From the IMG/VR virus record IMGVR_UViG_3300002092_000003, positions 60,982-80,981 of that record: 20,000 bases of DNA; one strand, written 5' to 3'. The notes beneath the pieces were generated by a model that made no database searches, had not been told where the DNA came from, and saw nothing but the letters and a program-made list of their open reading frames with translations. The position numbers and the translations under genes are program-made. Shown here in pieces: positions 8,555-15,299 of the stretch; the first letter of the stretch is position 1, and every line of letters begins with the position of its first letter. The stretch is from an uncultured virus (IMG/VR IMGVR_UViG_3300002092_000003) (Duplodnaviria; Heunggongvirae; Uroviricota; Caudoviricetes).

Positions 8555-8692
8555 ATGAAAGAACTATTAGAGAGGCTAGAAGCTCAGATGCATGCAGTAG
8601 CGGGAATTACTGGTATCCGACGAGGCAATCCTCCTAGAGCAATACACAAAATATACAAAGATGCTGGTCTTAAAAGCAAATTGTTAGCATAG
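8555..8692 (+). CDS. small protein (45 aa) ending in truncated motif KSKLLA
   Basis: MKELLERLEAQMHAVAGITG...GLKSKLLA with GGGAG RBS. Confidence 0.55.
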   Translation: MKELLERLEAQMHAVAGITGIRRGNPPRAIHKIYKDAGLKSKLLA

Positions 8693-8740
8693 CGTACACA
8701 TATAGTAGATGAGTGTGCGTGTGTAGAGGTAGTATTACAA

Positions 8741-8780
8741 TTCTCACACCTCTCCAGCCTCCCCACCCCCCCCCTACCGC
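8741..8780. other. C-rich / poly-C tract, candidate genome-terminus or packaging region
   Basis: CCTCTCCAGCCTCCCCACCCCCCCCCTACCGC in an AT-rich genome, in a non-coding gap just before the promoter-dense region. Confidence 0.45.
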
Positions 8781-8829
8781 AGTATGTCAAGATAAGCTTA
8801 AGATAAACTGTAGGAATAAAGATTGCATA

Positions 8830-8845
8830 TGCATAGCTCATGCCA
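8830..8845 (-). promoter_or_regulatory. sigma54-like -24/-12 element
   Basis: Minus strand reads TGGCATGAGCTATGCA, versus consensus TGGCACRNNNNTTGCW; GG-N10-GC spacing is exact. Confidence 0.3.
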
Positions 8846-8895
8846 ATGTATAAGCTATTAGTATTACATAGATGTTATGTGATAGTGCATAGTAG

Positions 8896-8924
8896 TTGAC
8901 AAGCTTGATGCAATCTGTTATGAT
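8896..8924 (+). promoter_or_regulatory. sigma70 early promoter
   Basis: TTGACA-17 nt-TATGAT, TGn extended -10, GATGCA in the spacer. Confidence 0.85.
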
Positions 8925-8956
8925 GTATGTATAGAACATAACGCAAGGGGTTAACA

Positions 8957-9130
8957 ATGAGTAAGACACAATCATGGGAAATAGGTCAAGTAGTAAAGGT
9001 AGGGTTTATGACACTGACTGTTATCAGTATGAAGAACGGTGACTATCTGTTAAAATCAGCAAAGGGAGTATACTATAGCTTTATAGCATATCGCGGTATA
9101 TCTAAGCTGGATGATTATGGTAGCTTTTAG
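8957..9130 (+). CDS. small beta-rich hypothetical protein (57 aa)
   Basis: MSKTQSWEIGQVVKVGFMTLTV...YYSFIAYRGISKL with AAGGGG RBS behind a promoter; below the track cutoff. Confidence 0.75.
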   Translation: MSKTQSWEIGQVVKVGFMTLTVISMKNGDYLLKSAKGVYYSFIAYRGISKLDDYGSF

Positions 9131-9173
9131 TATTCTATGACGCTGGCATTAAGTATAATGCTGACTGTTGGTG

Positions 9174-9186
9174 TAAGTGATTGATA
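9174..9186 (-). promoter_or_regulatory. IHF-consensus site
   Basis: Minus strand TATCAA-TCAC-TTA matches WATCAANNNNTTR. A second near-match AATCAG-CTAC-TTA lies at 9291-9303 (-). Confidence 0.4.
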
Positions 9187-9328
9187 ATACTGGAGAGTGT
9201 GACGTTAACAGTTGCAGACTTACGCATAATGTACGCAAAATACTGCGGAGTGTTATAGGCTAGGTTTTTTAGGAAAATTCTGAGGATAGCTAAGTAGCTG
9301 ATTTACTGTATTCCTCTATATTATACTC

Positions 9329-9357
9329 TTGACATAGCATTTCAACTATGATATAAT
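9329..9357 (+). promoter_or_regulatory. perfect-consensus sigma70 promoter
   Basis: TTGACA-17 nt-TATAAT with TGn. Confidence 0.92.
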
Positions 9358-9380
9358 CGTGTAGTAACAAGGAGTTATAT

Positions 9381-9629
9381 ATGGCTAGAATGAATCATCG
9401 TAAACTTAATGCAAAAACGAATGCTATCAGCAAGGGACATTCCGCTGATGCATCGAGTCGCAGGCGTAAAGCGGCTAAACTTGCAAGCGATAAACAAAAG
9501 AAGTATATGAGTAGTTTAGGTATTCGTTATGCTAAAAATATAACGATGCGAAAGGCTAAGGAATTGATATCGGAGTGTTTGAATGCCAAAAGTAAAAAAG
9601 TTGACGTAGCTTTAAATACTCTTGTATAA
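9381..9629 (+). CDS. small basic hypothetical protein (possibly nucleic-acid binding)
   Basis: AAGGAG RBS; K/R-rich; segment ASDKQKKYMSSLGI...AKELIS. Confidence 0.8.
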   Translation: MARMNHRKLNAKTNAISKGHSADASSRRRKAAKLASDKQKKYMSSLGIRYAKNITMRKAKELISECLNAKSKKVDVALNTLV

Positions 9630-9944
9630 ACAAAAGGTTTGAGGCGTTAAACATTACTTTAAGATTGGCGTTTAACTCTTGGCGGCTTTCAACATGTACC
9701 ATTACCGCTAAATATCCCTAATTTACCTTAGACCTTCCGCTTGATTCTTTTGGCATTCGTAATCAAGAACTCGTTAGCCTTAGTTATCCTTGCATAGCTG
9801 TCAGTAATTAAACCAACTTTCACACTGCCCCGAGCCTCTTAGCCTAGTTTGTATATAGGCATTCTTTCACGGTTCTAAGATAAATCAATGGAATAAGTTG
9901 CCTAAGATGGGCGAAATGTACTCATTCATATATATTTGTTAAAA

Positions 9945-9980
9945 CCGAGTTTCACTCGGCAAGTCTTCGACTTTATTTGT
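9945..9980. terminator. tandem hairpins, possible bidirectional intrinsic terminator
   Basis: AAAA-CCGAGT-TTC-ACTCGG followed by AAGTC-TTC-GACTT-TATTTGT. Confidence 0.5.
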
Positions 9981-10004
9981 GCTAGGTAAAATATGCATGG
10001 TATA

Positions 10005-10033
10005 TTGCAATAGCATCCAACCTGTATTATATT
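10005..10033 (+). promoter_or_regulatory. sigma70 promoter
   Basis: TTGCAA-17 nt-TATATT. Confidence 0.6.
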
Positions 10034-10082
10034 ATAGGTAACAAACAAACGGCAACTAGATTGCCCTTAATCGGAGATTACT

Positions 10083-10169
10083 ATGAAAACTATCACTATC
10101 GCCATTACACTTAATATCATCGGTTTATTACTTATTGCTAAAATGATTTCAATCATGCTTGCATTCTAA
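10083..10169 (+). CDS. 28-aa hydrophobic single-TM peptide
   Basis: MKTITIAITLNIIGLLLIAKMISIMLAF with GGAG RBS and its own promoter. Confidence 0.65.
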   Translation: MKTITIAITLNIIGLLLIAKMISIMLAF

Positions 10170-10187
10170 GACGCGTTGTGTTAAAAT
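10159..10187 (+). promoter_or_regulatory. sigma70 promoter
   Basis: TTGCAT-17 nt-TAAAAT, TGn, GACGCG in the spacer. Confidence 0.7.
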
Positions 10188-10218
10188 GAATTAAGAAACA
10201 AAACAAGTGAGGGCATAA

Positions 10219-10494
10219 ATGAAAGCATACTGTAAAGGATACCAATACTCTCTATATCAATCACTTATTCGCTCTACAACGCTTACACTAAGCAACAAAG
10301 GTAAGTATGGCATAGATTACTTAGAATGTCAGATTATATGCGAAAATGGCGTATTTACAATGGAGATGACTGACGGCTTTAAAAGCTTAAAATATACAGT
10401 AGGATTCAATAACTTAAAGCAAGCAATGAATATTGGACATGGTTGGATGGTAGCTTTATTGAATGAACGTAAAACCTATTTAAAGGCGGTATAA
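10219..10494 (+). CDS. hypothetical protein
   Basis: 91 aa with GAGG RBS. Confidence 0.75.
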   Translation: MKAYCKGYQYSLYQSLIRSTTLTLSNKGKYGIDYLECQIICENGVFTMEMTDGFKSLKYTVGFNNLKQAMNIGHGWMVALLNERKTYLKAV

Positions 10495-10495
10495 G

Positions 10496-10693
10496 ATGAC
10501 ATTACAACTACTACAAGATATGTACCTTGACTATGTAAACAACTTCTTAAGCATCGAACGGTTTGCCGAATACCACGGTATGGAATACTATGACGCTGAA
10601 TGGCTTATAGAGCAAGGCAAGGCTTTAAACGCCGTTCAAGGGCATATTACAAGTATGAATGTATGCATGATATTGAATAAAACAGACCGATAA
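10496..10693 (+). CDS. small phage hypothetical protein (YLDYVNNFLSIERFAEYHG)
   Basis: AAGGCGGT RBS; 65 aa. Confidence 0.75.
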   Translation: MTLQLLQDMYLDYVNNFLSIERFAEYHGMEYYDAEWLIEQGKALNAVQGHITSMNVCMILNKTDR

Positions 10694-10721
10694 TAAACGA
10701 AGTTTAAACGAGGTTACGAGT

Positions 10722-10865
10722 ATGTTTAAAAAAATAGACGTATATTACAATGGTAAGTATTTATATTCAACTAATAGCAGCAAAACATGTAAAGAGGCTA
10801 AGGCTAAAATGCTGAAATTGTATCCGAAAATGAATGAAGCTCGGCTTAAAGTATATTTTGCTTAA
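10722..10865 (+). CDS. small hypothetical protein (47 aa)
   Basis: MFKKIDVYYNGKYLYSTNSSKTCKEAK... with GAGG RBS; below the track cutoff. Confidence 0.7.
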   Translation: MFKKIDVYYNGKYLYSTNSSKTCKEAKAKMLKLYPKMNEARLKVYFA

Positions 10866-10877
10866 AAAGAGGTGGTT

Positions 10878-11096
10878 ATGACATTACTAGAAAAGTTACA
10901 ACAGATTGATAAAAGCTTTGAATTTAATTTAAATGATGATATCTACGAGTCAAAAAGTTTTGAAGTTGTATGGATTGAATCCGATATATTTACAGTATCT
11001 TATATTACTCAAGATTTAGATACCGGAATAATCAATTATCATCTTAAAGGTATTATGAGTGAAGAACAATTACTAAATTATATTAAAAACTATTGA
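10878..11096 (+). CDS. acidic hypothetical protein
   Basis: GAGGTGG RBS before ATG 10878. Confidence 0.7.
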   Translation: MTLLEKLQQIDKSFEFNLNDDIYESKSFEVVWIESDIFTVSYITQDLDTGIINYHLKGIMSEEQLLNYIKNY

Positions 11097-11121
11097 CTAA
11101 TACAATGCGTTAAGATATACT
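11093..11121 (+). promoter_or_regulatory. sigma70 promoter
   Basis: TTGACT-17 nt-TATACT, AATGCG in the spacer. Confidence 0.8.
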
Positions 11122-11152
11122 AGTTATAGGCAACAAAAACAGAGAGGGAATT

Positions 11153-11332
11153 ATGAGCGAATACGAAGCACTAAAGCAATATGACGAAATGCTAGATGAA
11201 CTTTATGGTGAAATCAAAATATGTGGCTATGAATATTCCGCTAGCAATGCATTAAAGGAAGTTGATCCAATTGCCTATAGATGCGGATTTAATGATTTTT
11301 GTGATGCTGAAAACATTGAAATTGAAGATTAA
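11153..11332 (+). CDS. very acidic 59-aa early protein (candidate DNA mimic / anti-defence)
   Basis: MSEYEALKQYDEMLDELYGEIKICGYEYSASNALKEVDPIAYRCGFNDFCDAENIEIED; 16 D/E versus 4 K/R; GAGGG RBS. Confidence 0.75.
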   Translation: MSEYEALKQYDEMLDELYGEIKICGYEYSASNALKEVDPIAYRCGFNDFCDAENIEIED

Positions 11333-11337
11333 TTTAC

Positions 11338-11366
11338 TTGCAATGTCTAACGCGGTATGTTAAACT
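11338..11366 (+). promoter_or_regulatory. sigma70 promoter
   Basis: TTGCAA-17 nt-TAAACT, TGn, AACGCG in the spacer. Confidence 0.7.
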
Positions 11367-11401
11367 GTATTAAGAGCTAAAACCTTTACGGAGTAAAATA
11401 T

Positions 11402-11849
11402 ATGAAATTCAGCAAAAAAAAGACAACAATACGAATCCGCTAACGTGATACTAAACGTAAACACCATGAAAGCATTTAGCTACGATTGGTGGCAGTTTGT
11501 TGCGCTTGTAAATGGAAAAGTAGTATTCAACGACTATAATTATTCTAATGCAACATGTAAACATCAATCGAAAGTAAGAGGCATGTTACATACATTAGGT
11601 ATTAACATTGACATTACAGTAAGTTGCTCGAAAGGATTGCAATCAAAGGAGGCTATGGATTCTATAATTGCAGCATTAAACTACGATATTAAAGACTTAG
11701 AGACTAAGATAGCCGCGCCACGTTCTCAAAAAGCTAAAAACGTTGAACGTAAAGAAGCTATTGAATCTCTTAAAGCTAAATTGTTTTCAGTACTTGCTCT
11801 TTATAAGTCACCATTAGAGGCGGCAATTTCGAAAGATTTAAGTTTATAG
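11402..11849 (+). pseudogene. hypothetical gene with an apparent frameshift in an A8 tract
   Basis: GGAG RBS plus ATG 11402 reads into a stop after 13 codons. Removing one A from the run at 11414-11421 joins it to the 134-aa ORF (MKFSKKRQQYESANVILNVNTMKAFSYDWWQF...). Confidence 0.6.
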
Positions 11850-11878
11850 TTGACTAACACATAAAGTTATTGTACAAT
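11850..11878 (+). promoter_or_regulatory. sigma70 promoter
   Basis: TTGACT-17 nt-TACAAT. Confidence 0.75.
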
Positions 11879-11907
11879 ATATTAAGAAACAAAAAGGGAG
11901 TAACGAC

Positions 11908-12036
11908 ATGCAAAATCAAAACTCATCTAAACAAGCTATATCTAGCAATAAAGGGCTATCTAGCGTTACTCCCACTGCCCTTTTCTTTTTACATGCATTA
12001 GTAATATTAGGAGTTTATATATGCTCAGAAAAATAA
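11908..12036 (+). CDS. small membrane protein (42 aa)
   Basis: GGGAG RBS; C-terminal hydrophobic stretch ALFFLHALVILGVYIC. Confidence 0.55.
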   Translation: MQNQNSSKQAISSNKGLSSVTPTALFFLHALVILGVYICSEK

Positions 12037-12170
12037 TAGAATCTCATAAATTTGTATTTGTAAGCATTATCCTTTTCTTAACAATGACATTTGCTTGTAA
12101 GCTAGGCGTTGAAATGGCTACTAAGACACCGATAGGAACGTCAACCTATACAGGCAATAGATTACAATAA
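12021..12170 (+). CDS. small membrane protein (49 aa)
   Basis: AGGAG RBS; FVFVSIILFLTMTFA. Confidence 0.6.
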   Translation: MLRKIIESHKFVFVSIILFLTMTFACKLGVEMATKTPIGTSTYTGNRLQ

Positions 12171-12173
12171 CAC

Positions 12174-12202
12174 TTGACAAGCTTAACGCAAAATGTTAGA
12201 AT
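12174..12202 (+). promoter_or_regulatory. sigma70 promoter
   Basis: TTGACA-17 nt-TAGAAT, TGn; near-identical to the promoter at 13082. Confidence 0.85.
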
Positions 12203-12233
12203 AATTTAAGGATACAAAAACAGAGAGGTATTT

Positions 12234-12452
12234 ATGTCAGAATTAGAAATCAGAAATGAACTAACAAGGCTTGAACCGCTCGCTATTATTTACAGTACTA
12301 TGGATAGGGAATACTATAACGAGATACAAGCTGAAATAAGACGCTTAGAGCTATTACTGTTAGATCACATGGTATCTAATAATGTAGCCTTAACAGAATT
12401 AGAATCCGACAATGAAGTAGCACAAGACCTATTCGATTTATATAACGCATAA
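12234..12452 (+). CDS. acidic helical hypothetical protein
   Basis: 72 aa with GAGG RBS. Confidence 0.75.
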   Translation: MSELEIRNELTRLEPLAIIYSTMDREYYNEIQAEIRRLELLLLDHMVSNNVALTELESDNEVAQDLFDLYNA

Positions 12453-12467
12453 ACAAAAAGGAATACT

Positions 12468-13079
12468 ATGAAAGCATTATTAATTTTATCGACACTTACA
12501 CTATTAGCATCATGCGGTAAACACCACGTTGCCGACGGTATAGACGGCAAGGATGGCTATTCCCTTGTAGCCCTTAGTGGTAGTATTGTTGCTAACGCAT
12601 CGTGTCCAGCGGGCGGAGTAGCTACTACAATATACAAAGACTTAAATCGAAATGAAGTTGTGGATTTAGATACTGATAAATTAGTAAGCAGTTTCATTGT
12701 ATGTAATGGTTTGACAGGGGCGCAGGGTAATGCAGGGGATAACGGAATAAACGGTCAAAATGGGGCGCAAGGCAGTCAAGGCGCGGCGGGGCAAAACGGT
12801 ACTAATGGAATAAATGGAACAAACGGCACCAATGGTGCGTCAAGCATCTTACAAGTAATTAATTTACGCCATGACATTTGTGGGGAATCTACAGTAAACT
12901 TTTCAGAAGTAGTTATCAAGCTAGCCGACGGGCGATATCTTGCAAGCTTTTCAGATGATGTAAATGGGTATAATACAAGATTTACTATATTAGTACAAGG
13001 AATAGGATACCAAACAACGGATAATACAAACTGCAGATTTATGCTTAATTCTAGCAATGTATTGGTGAAAATACAATAG
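12468..13079 (+). CDS. lipoprotein with collagen-like Gly-X-Y repeat
   Basis: Signal peptide with lipobox LASC; 15 consecutive GXY triplets (GLT...GAS) flanked by Cys-containing domains. Confidence 0.85.
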   Translation: MKALLILSTLTLLASCGKHHVADGIDGKDGYSLVALSGSIVANASCPAGGVATTIYKDLNRNEVVDLDTDKLVSSFIVCNGLTGAQGNAGDNGINGQNGAQGSQGAAGQNGTNGINGTNGTNGASSILQVINLRHDICGESTVNFSEVVIKLADGRYLASFSDDVNGYNTRFTILVQGIGYQTTDNTNCRFMLNSSNVLVKIQ

Positions 13080-13081
13080 TA

Positions 13082-13110
13082 TTGACAAGTTTAATGCAAA
13101 ATGTTATAAT
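13082..13110 (+). promoter_or_regulatory. perfect-consensus sigma70 promoter
   Basis: TTGACA-17 nt-TATAAT, TGn, AATGCA in the spacer. Confidence 0.92.
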
Positions 13111-13126
13111 AATTTAAGAGGTGTAT

Positions 13127-13273
13127 GTGAACAATTACTTTATAAACATGGTATGTACTAACGGAAAAATTAGCTACTTTGTGCTAAATTTACACGATGC
13201 ATTATTTAGAAAACAGTTTCAAACACTTAAAGATGCAAAAAAAGAAGCTAAAAAACTAAACAAGGCGGTATAA
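13127..13273 (+). CDS. small hypothetical protein (48 aa)
   Basis: GAGG RBS with GTG start; ends ...FRKQFQTLKDAKKEAKKLNKAV. Confidence 0.6.
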   Translation: MNNYFINMVCTNGKISYFVLNLHDALFRKQFQTLKDAKKEAKKLNKAV

Positions 13274-13274
13274 A

Positions 13275-13457
13275 ATAATAACACTATTAAATACTGAAAC
13301 AGACGAACAAGTAACATGGACACTTCAAGAGGTGTTAGCCGATCTTAACCGTGATAGGTCAGACGGTTGGCGCAATTACGATGAAAGCGATTGGCAAGAG
13401 GGCTTACAGCATTTTACACAATGGCAAGTGGTTGATAACAAAAGTCAAGGGGAATAG
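13275..13457 (+). CDS. small Trp/acidic phage protein (60 aa), apparent AUA start
   Basis: (I/M)ITLLNTETDEQVTWTLQEVLADLNRDRSDGWRNYDESDWQEGLQHFTQWQVV.... The RBS AAGGCGGT-N5 has the same spacing as in ATG genes 10496, 13910 and 14792. An in-frame stop lies at 13257. Confidence 0.65.
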   Translation: MITLLNTETDEQVTWTLQEVLADLNRDRSDGWRNYDESDWQEGLQHFTQWQVVDNKSQGE

Positions 13458-13458
13458 T

Positions 13459-13668
13459 ATGAGTTTTGCAAAAGAAAATGGAATTGATGTATATAGACTT
13501 GTAGCGCATTTAGATAGTGGCAAGTATAGCGTAGAGAACGGCACTAAAACGCCTTTGACAATTGCCCCTTTAGATACAATGGATGAGGCTATAGACTTTA
13601 TATACAAGCATAATGTGGCGCGTGGAAGTGTATCGTGTAGGTATGTATTAGTAGAATCAAAGGAGTAA
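13459..13668 (+). CDS. hypothetical protein (true start likely ATG 13459, MSFAKENG...)
   Basis: AAGGGG RBS; the track extension to 13351 overlaps the AUA-start gene. Confidence 0.7.
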   Translation: MSFAKENGIDVYRLVAHLDSGKYSVENGTKTPLTIAPLDTMDEAIDFIYKHNVARGSVSCRYVLVESKE

Positions 13669-13671
13669 TTT

Positions 13672-13908
13672 ATGCAAACTATAAAAATACAGAGATATAG
13701 TAATCGCAAATTGTACAATTATGAAATGTCGCGTCATGTAAATGTAAAAGAATTAAAGGAGTTTATTGATGCAGGGTTTAATTTAATTGTTGTAAATCAT
13801 GACACAGGTGAGGATGTTACACGGCAAACGGTAGGGGAACTTATAAAGCAATCGGAAGGTGACTTGACTAATGTTTACTTGTTTATGTTAAAACGTAAGG
13901 CGGTATAG
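13672..13908 (+). CDS. PhaR-like (PHB/PHA accumulation regulator N-terminal) DNA-binding domain protein
   Basis: IKIQRYSNRKLYNYEMSRHVNVKELKEFIDAG...VVNHDTGEDVTRQTVGELI matches the PhaR N-domain pattern IKKYxNRRLY...S.Y.....G....V....TGEDxT. Confidence 0.8.
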   Translation: MQTIKIQRYSNRKLYNYEMSRHVNVKELKEFIDAGFNLIVVNHDTGEDVTRQTVGELIKQSEGDLTNVYLFMLKRKAV

Positions 13909-13909
13909 T

Positions 13910-14128
13910 ATGTTTAAAATAAATGAAAAAGTAATAGCTTACGGACTTGATGGCGTTATAATTAGCATAGATACTAAAAATAGCTTAACATACCCGATCA
14001 AGGCTAGATTTTCTAATAACCGCATTGCTACTTTTACACTTACTGGTATTCATGACGTTTGGCACAAAAAAAGTGAATTGAAAAAAGCAACTATGATAAA
14101 TAAATTAATAATGAAGTTTTTTCCATAG
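13910..14128 (+). CDS. small SH3/KOW-like hypothetical protein
   Basis: MFKINEKV...GVIISID...YPIKARF...TFTLTG. Confidence 0.7.
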   Translation: MFKINEKVIAYGLDGVIISIDTKNSLTYPIKARFSNNRIATFTLTGIHDVWHKKSELKKATMINKLIMKFFP

Positions 14129-14137
14129 GAGTAATTT

Positions 14138-14488
14138 ATGTATTACGAATTAAGACAGAAGATATTGCCGCAACTCATTGAAATAAGATATACAGTAAAA
14201 CAGGATAAAACTATATTTAACATTAGATTATTTAGAGTAGCAATTCCCGCTTTAAATCAATGTTATTTTACGTCTACTCTGAATGATTCAATATTACCGA
14301 GATCATTTAGATCTTCGTGTTTTAAAATAAAAGGTATGGACATAGTGGATTCAATGGAGTATTATGATAGTAGAAACATAAAAAGAGGTGAACATATTTA
14401 CGAAAAAGATGTGCAATTTAAAACAATGAGAACATTAACTTTAAAAGAAATATATAATTTTGCTAAAACTAAAACATTAAGTATTTAA
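14138..14488 (+). CDS. hypothetical protein
   Basis: AGGAG RBS; 116 aa. Confidence 0.75.
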   Translation: MYYELRQKILPQLIEIRYTVKQDKTIFNIRLFRVAIPALNQCYFTSTLNDSILPRSFRSSCFKIKGMDIVDSMEYYDSRNIKRGEHIYEKDVQFKTMRTLTLKEIYNFAKTKTLSI

Positions 14489-14495
14489 AAAAGGA

Positions 14496-14780
14496 ATGAC
14501 TAATATGCAATTTAAAACAATAGAAAATTTAGAGGACTGGGAAAAATCTTATCCCGAAATGTATAAAGTAATTCACGATGTAATAAAAGAAGAAAATTTA
14601 AAAGACCTTATATTTTGCGGAGTTAGGAGATATTCCCCTCTTTTACGAATAGGCTCCTTCGACATAGCAGTAGAGGGCAGCTTATATAGGCTAGGATTTA
14701 CCTTCACATGCAATGACGATGGTACTAACTTAGATTATTGTACTTACGAAGACGATGGACGATACTTTCAATATAAATAA
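14496..14780 (+). CDS. hypothetical protein
   Basis: 94 aa; the start may be ATG 14505. Confidence 0.7.
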   Translation: MTNMQFKTIENLEDWEKSYPEMYKVIHDVIKEENLKDLIFCGVRRYSPLLRIGSFDIAVEGSLYRLGFTFTCNDDGTNLDYCTYEDDGRYFQYK

Positions 14781-14791
14781 GGCGGTATAGC

Positions 14792-14977
14792 ATGGTTATT
14801 GAATCTTTAATTGCATTACTTGTAGTAATATTAGGCGCAATACTATTCTGCTTAGGGATTATAGTAATAGCTAAAATCTGGTATTACTCATGGTTCGCAA
14901 TCACCTTTGTACTTGTATATATTCAGCAAAAAGGCAATTATGGCTATGCGCAACATAAACTATTGACAAAAAACTAA
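14792..14977 (+). CDS. small membrane protein
   Basis: Long hydrophobic N-terminus; AAGGCGGT RBS. Confidence 0.7.
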   Translation: MVIESLIALLVVILGAILFCLGIIVIAKIWYYSWFAITFVLVYIQQKGNYGYAQHKLLTKN

Positions 14978-14990
14978 TATCTGTTATACT
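14963..14990 (+). promoter_or_regulatory. sigma70 promoter
   Basis: TTGACA-16 nt-TATACT with TGn. Confidence 0.7.
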
Positions 14991-15018
14991 AAGTGTAGTA
15001 CTTAAAAACAGGAGTTTT

Positions 15019-15120
15019 ATGAAAGCACTAATTATCATCACATTACTAGCGATTATGACAGCATGTACAACTAATGTAGTTTCACCACAACAAGCTAAAC
15101 AAGATGCAAGAAGTAGATAG
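15019..15120 (+). CDS. 33-aa lipoprotein
   Basis: MKALIIITLLAIMTA-CTTNVVSPQQAKQDARSR; lipobox-like site; AGGAG RBS. Confidence 0.65.
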   Translation: MKALIIITLLAIMTACTTNVVSPQQAKQDARSR

Positions 15121-15298
15121 TAAATTCTATTGCCACTGCATAGGCGATATTTCTTGCTTTTATACTTTAGATTCTTATTGGCATTCTTATAATGCCGGAG
15201 ACTTATTAGCACAGCAAGAGGATTTTGGAAACGATCTAGGCAACTATAGAAAATGTATTCTATATACAAAACTTTTAAAAGCATTATATGAGGTGTAA
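15104..15298 (+). CDS. small protein with C-terminal TK[LV]xxAL motif
   Basis: Ends LYTKLLKALYEV. Confidence 0.6.
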   Translation: MQEVDSKFYCHCIGDISCFYTLDSYWHSYNAGDLLAQQEDFGNDLGNYRKCILYTKLLKALYEV

Positions 15299-15299
15299 C

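Noticed and set aside
8584..8841. Minus-strand 85-aa ORF across the poly-C tract
   Set aside because: No RBS, antisense to a + ORF, and its composition is not protein-like.
12708..12842. Tandem 9-nt-like repeats
   Set aside because: They simply encode the collagen GXY repeat and are not an independent DNA repeat.
13351..13458. Track N-terminal extension of ORF 13351..13668
   Set aside because: It overlaps a better-supported ORF in another frame, and the RBS supports ATG 13459.
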